Positions 35,221 through 37,679 of a DNA stretch of 37,679 nt are shown in pieces. The number at the start of each line of letters is the position of its first letter. Positions within the stretch are counted from its first letter, which is position 1. The translations under genes and the position numbers were made by a program. The DNA lies in NCBI GenBank assembly GCA_002499015.1, contig DAJY01000100.1, positions 10,768-48,446 of the forward strand. The letters run 5' to 3'. Below the pieces are notes generated by a model. It did no database searches and was not told where the DNA came from. It was given only the letters and a program-made list of their open reading frames with translations. The stretch is from Euryarchaeota archaeon UBA242 (lineage in GTDB: Archaea > Thermoplasmatota > Poseidoniia > Poseidoniales > Poseidoniaceae).

Positions 35221-36204
35221 TCAAAGCAGATGTTTATTGACAGTTGTTTCGCATTCCGCACCCGAAAGTACAGTTATTATTGCGTTGGCAATATCCATAC
35301 CGACTCTTGCCTGTGCTTCTAATGTGTCTGCGCCAATATGTGGAGTTCCGTGAAAATTCTCATGCTGAATTAGAGCATAATTTGGCGCCACTGGTTCGGA
35401 TTCAAATACATCCAAAGCCACTGAAGAAATTACCCCTTGTTCTAACGCTTGTAGCAATGCCGTCTCGTCAATAATACCGCCACGTGCGCAATTCACGATA
35501 TGATTTCCACATTTTATTCCATCTCTAGACTTCCCAGGCATCATAGCCATTCTATCCTTATTTACCAGATGATGAGTATCATCAGTAAAATTACAATGTA
35601 TTGAGATATGAGTACATCGTTTGAATAAAGTATCTACAGACTTATGCAAAGTTGTATTTTGTGATTTGGCAATTTTAGCAGGAAGATACGGGTCAAATGC
35701 ATGTACTTCCATTCCCATTGCTTGCGCTACTGCTCCAACTCCTTGGGCGATTCTACCAAAGCCAATTAATCCCAAGCATTTACCACTTAATTCAGTACCA
35801 CCCATGATTTTTTTCTCCCACTTCCCTTCTCTCATTCCTTTATTCGCCTTAGGCAAGTGACGAAGACTAGCCAGTAAGTGCCCAATAGTCAATTCAACAA
35901 CTGACTGGGTTGATGCTCTAGGTGCATTGACAACAGGGATTCCTGCTTCTGCGGCTGCTTTGATGTCTATATTGTCAACACCGACTCCAGCACGCCCAAT
36001 GACCTTCAAACGTTCACTGGTAGCAGATATTACTTCAGCAGGTATTTTTGTGGCACTACGGACGATAATCGCATCGAAGTTAGATAGTTCTCCGGCAAGT
36101 AAATCTGTGAGTTCAATTGGTTTGTTGATAACTTCATGTCCTGCTTTTTCAAGCAATTCTATAGCTTCTGGCGCCATACCATCAGTGACTGCGATTCTAG
36201 CCAT
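35221..36204 (-). CDS. serA: D-isomer-specific 2-hydroxyacid dehydrogenase, probably short-form D-3-phosphoglycerate dehydrogenase (no ACT domain)
   Basis: MARIAVTDGMAPEAIELL..., the NAD-binding motif LGLIGFGRIAQGVG, the catalytic-region motif NCARGGIIDE, and ALDVFESEP...TPHIGA. At 327 aa it ends before any regulatory domain. Confidence 0.8.
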   Translation of the reverse strand: MARIAVTDGMAPEAIELLEKAGHEVINKPIELTDLLAGELSNFDAIIVRSATKIPAEVISATSERLKVIGRAGVGVDNIDIKAAAEAGIPVVNAPRASTQSVVELTIGHLLASLRHLPKANKGMREGKWEKKIMGGTELSGKCLGLIGFGRIAQGVGAVAQAMGMEVHAFDPYLPAKIAKSQNTTLHKSVDTLFKRCTHISIHCNFTDDTHHLVNKDRMAMMPGKSRDGIKCGNHIVNCARGGIIDETALLQALEQGVISSVALDVFESEPVAPNYALIQHENFHGTPHIGADTLEAQARVGMDIANAIITVLSGAECETTVNKHLL

Positions 36205-36262
36205 TATAGTGGGGCGAATGACTAAGTCTCATCAACTTTCGCTTGTAAATCCAAAATAAAGA

Positions 36263-37426
36263 CTACTTTATTGGGTTATTTGGAATCATGTCAGAAGTAT
36301 TACTCTTGGGAAGATTTTGTAGCGCTTCGAAAGTCATTTGATTTGTTGGCAATTTAGAGATAGTTTCAATTCTCTCCTCCATTGTCATTCGTACTCTAAA
36401 ATCAATTCTTCCTTTATTGCGCGTTAGATCATACGACAGTGGTGCCAATCCGTCGATGATTTGCATCTCAAAAATAGATCTAACATTATTTCCTCGCCAC
36501 AATGAATATCCCCAACGATAAGCAATTCCGACTATTGCAGCCCCGTATAGAAGAGCGAGTACTGTGGTTGCAAACAATACGGGATTACCTCCTCTCGCCT
36601 CATCTAGTAGGTTTCTACCGATTAAAAATAGTAAACCAATCCCGACAATCGGTTTAAGAATACTCTCCAGCCATTGGTCTACTGGTACCAATCTTCCCTT
36701 CGATGGGTCTACGAACACCAAATCGGACTCAAATGCAGTATTAAGTACACTCAAGACACCCAATAGGATAATGTAAAATCCTGCTGCGAGTGAGAGTTCA
36801 AGTCCAAATGAATCCATTTTCAATGTCCAATGAACCATTAACCATGCAAATAATCCGAGAAAAGTTCCCTGTGGTATTTGCGAGAAGTGAACTACATGCT
36901 GTGAAAATTCACCGATTCCAGACTTGGTTAATACCGGACCTCTATGCGGTTTGGGAATATGTATCACTTGCCAATGCAACCAAGTCTCAATCAATCTCAA
37001 ACTCTTCATTAGAACTTTATTTTTAATTAATATAAATTCAACTAATATCAAAAAAGGAAATCCAACTAAGATTACTGGTAAGGCCACAACAACTGCTAAG
37101 GGGAAAATTATCAAAGCAGGTAATATCAAAAAATGTGACAGTGCGAGAGGATGAAGTAAATCTGCTTCTATCAATCTTTGTCTACCCGGCTTTATCCTTA
37201 ACCCTCTCGCCAAATCATCGAGTGTATCTCTAAAAGGAGAGAGTTGCCTTCCCGAGTCAATGATTTGCCTAACCATACCCCTGTATTCAGTTTCCTCGTG
37301 CCCAGAACCAATCCAGTATTGCCATGCTATTTTCATAGGGATTGCCAGCAATAACGGAATCGATAGTAGGCCTACTGCCCACATCAAACCATTCAAATCC
37401 ACTGGTATAGCCATCAATAACCCCAT
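36263..37426 (-). CDS. Hypothetical polytopic membrane protein
   Basis: A 387-aa ORF with at least six hydrophobic helices (e.g. LMWAVGLLSIPLLLAIP, LALSHFLILPALIIFPLAVVVALPVILVGFPFLILVEFIL, LAAGFYIILLGVLSVL). I recognise no family motif. Confidence 0.6.
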   Translation of the reverse strand: MGLLMAIPVDLNGLMWAVGLLSIPLLLAIPMKIAWQYWIGSGHEETEYRGMVRQIIDSGRQLSPFRDTLDDLARGLRIKPGRQRLIEADLLHPLALSHFLILPALIIFPLAVVVALPVILVGFPFLILVEFILIKNKVLMKSLRLIETWLHWQVIHIPKPHRGPVLTKSGIGEFSQHVVHFSQIPQGTFLGLFAWLMVHWTLKMDSFGLELSLAAGFYIILLGVLSVLNTAFESDLVFVDPSKGRLVPVDQWLESILKPIVGIGLLFLIGRNLLDEARGGNPVLFATTVLALLYGAAIVGIAYRWGYSLWRGNNVRSIFEMQIIDGLAPLSYDLTRNKGRIDFRVRMTMEERIETISKLPTNQMTFEALQNLPKSNTSDMIPNNPIK

Positions 37427-37490
37427 GCCTGCGAAAACCCTTCAGTTGTTGAAGTCTTTCACAAAAGTTTGTACTATTGACCTATTATCA

Positions 37491-37679
37491 CTACAACCAG
37501 GGAATTACATCAGGTATTTCTCTAAACAAATTAGCCGGAACGGCAGTTTTGATTTTTGAAACAGAACCCAGTTTGATATTGTTTTCACTTTGCCATTGTT
37601 CATATTCTTCAAACGTTGTCATTTTTAAAACAAAATTATTTTCTCGATTCCATCTAAGAGACTGCATTTTAGTACCTGG
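37491..37679 (-). CDS. Possible 3' end of a gene running off the window (or a 58-aa/43-aa small ORF)
   Basis: The minus-strand frame is open from the window edge to TAG at 37491-37493. It reads ..PGTKMQSLRWNRENNFVLKMTTFEEYEQWQSENNIKLGSVSKIKTAVPANLFREIPDVIPWL. It is absent from the ORF track because it falls below the length cut-off. I recognise no motif. Confidence 0.3.
   Translation of the reverse strand, partial: PGTKMQSLRWNRENNFVLKMTTFEEYEQWQSENNIKLGSVSKIKTAVPANLFREIPDVIPWL

Overview
The window is gene-dense (about 95% coding) and about 40% GC. It looks like ordinary chromosome from an uncultivated marine planktonic archaeon, plausibly Marine Group II/Poseidoniales-like. That placement is inference from an archaeal-size SRP RNA, archease, geranylgeranyl reductase, archaeal-type ValRS and alanine aminotransferase, and very large acidic TSP3-repeat surface proteins. 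All assignments come from reading motifs in the translated ORFs; no database search was possible.

I support 26 protein-coding genes, one partial ORF at the right edge, and one ncRNA that the ORF track cannot show: SRP/7S RNA at 2493-2787 on the minus strand.

- **Housekeeping genes:** pyrD, a CXXXY-type CcmE, topoisomerase III, geranylgeranyl reductase, a CofH/MqnC/MqnE-family radical SAM enzyme, Xaa-Pro aminopeptidase, glyA, alanine aminotransferase, an RND/MMPL exporter, valS, dinB and a SerA-like dehydrogenase.
- **Unusual items:**
  - A 1005-aa secreted protein with a Cys-framed acidic TSP3-like array and a C-terminal PNGase F-like domain whose catalytic residues are retained.
  - A gene pair encoding a 1033-aa TSP3 protein and a PKD-domain membrane-anchored protein.
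  - A wHTH protein with three TerB-like repeats, in an apparent operon with a PfkB kinase and archease.
  - A tandem V4R-like protein of unknown function just downstream of glyA.
  - A roughly 1050-aa polytopic membrane protein with a helical-repeat domain.
  - A membrane protein of unknown function abutting the geranylgeranyl reductase stop codon.
  - A standalone EVE-domain protein.

I found no CRISPR array, integrase, transposase, tRNA or rRNA. Nothing in the window looks like a defence island or a mobile element.
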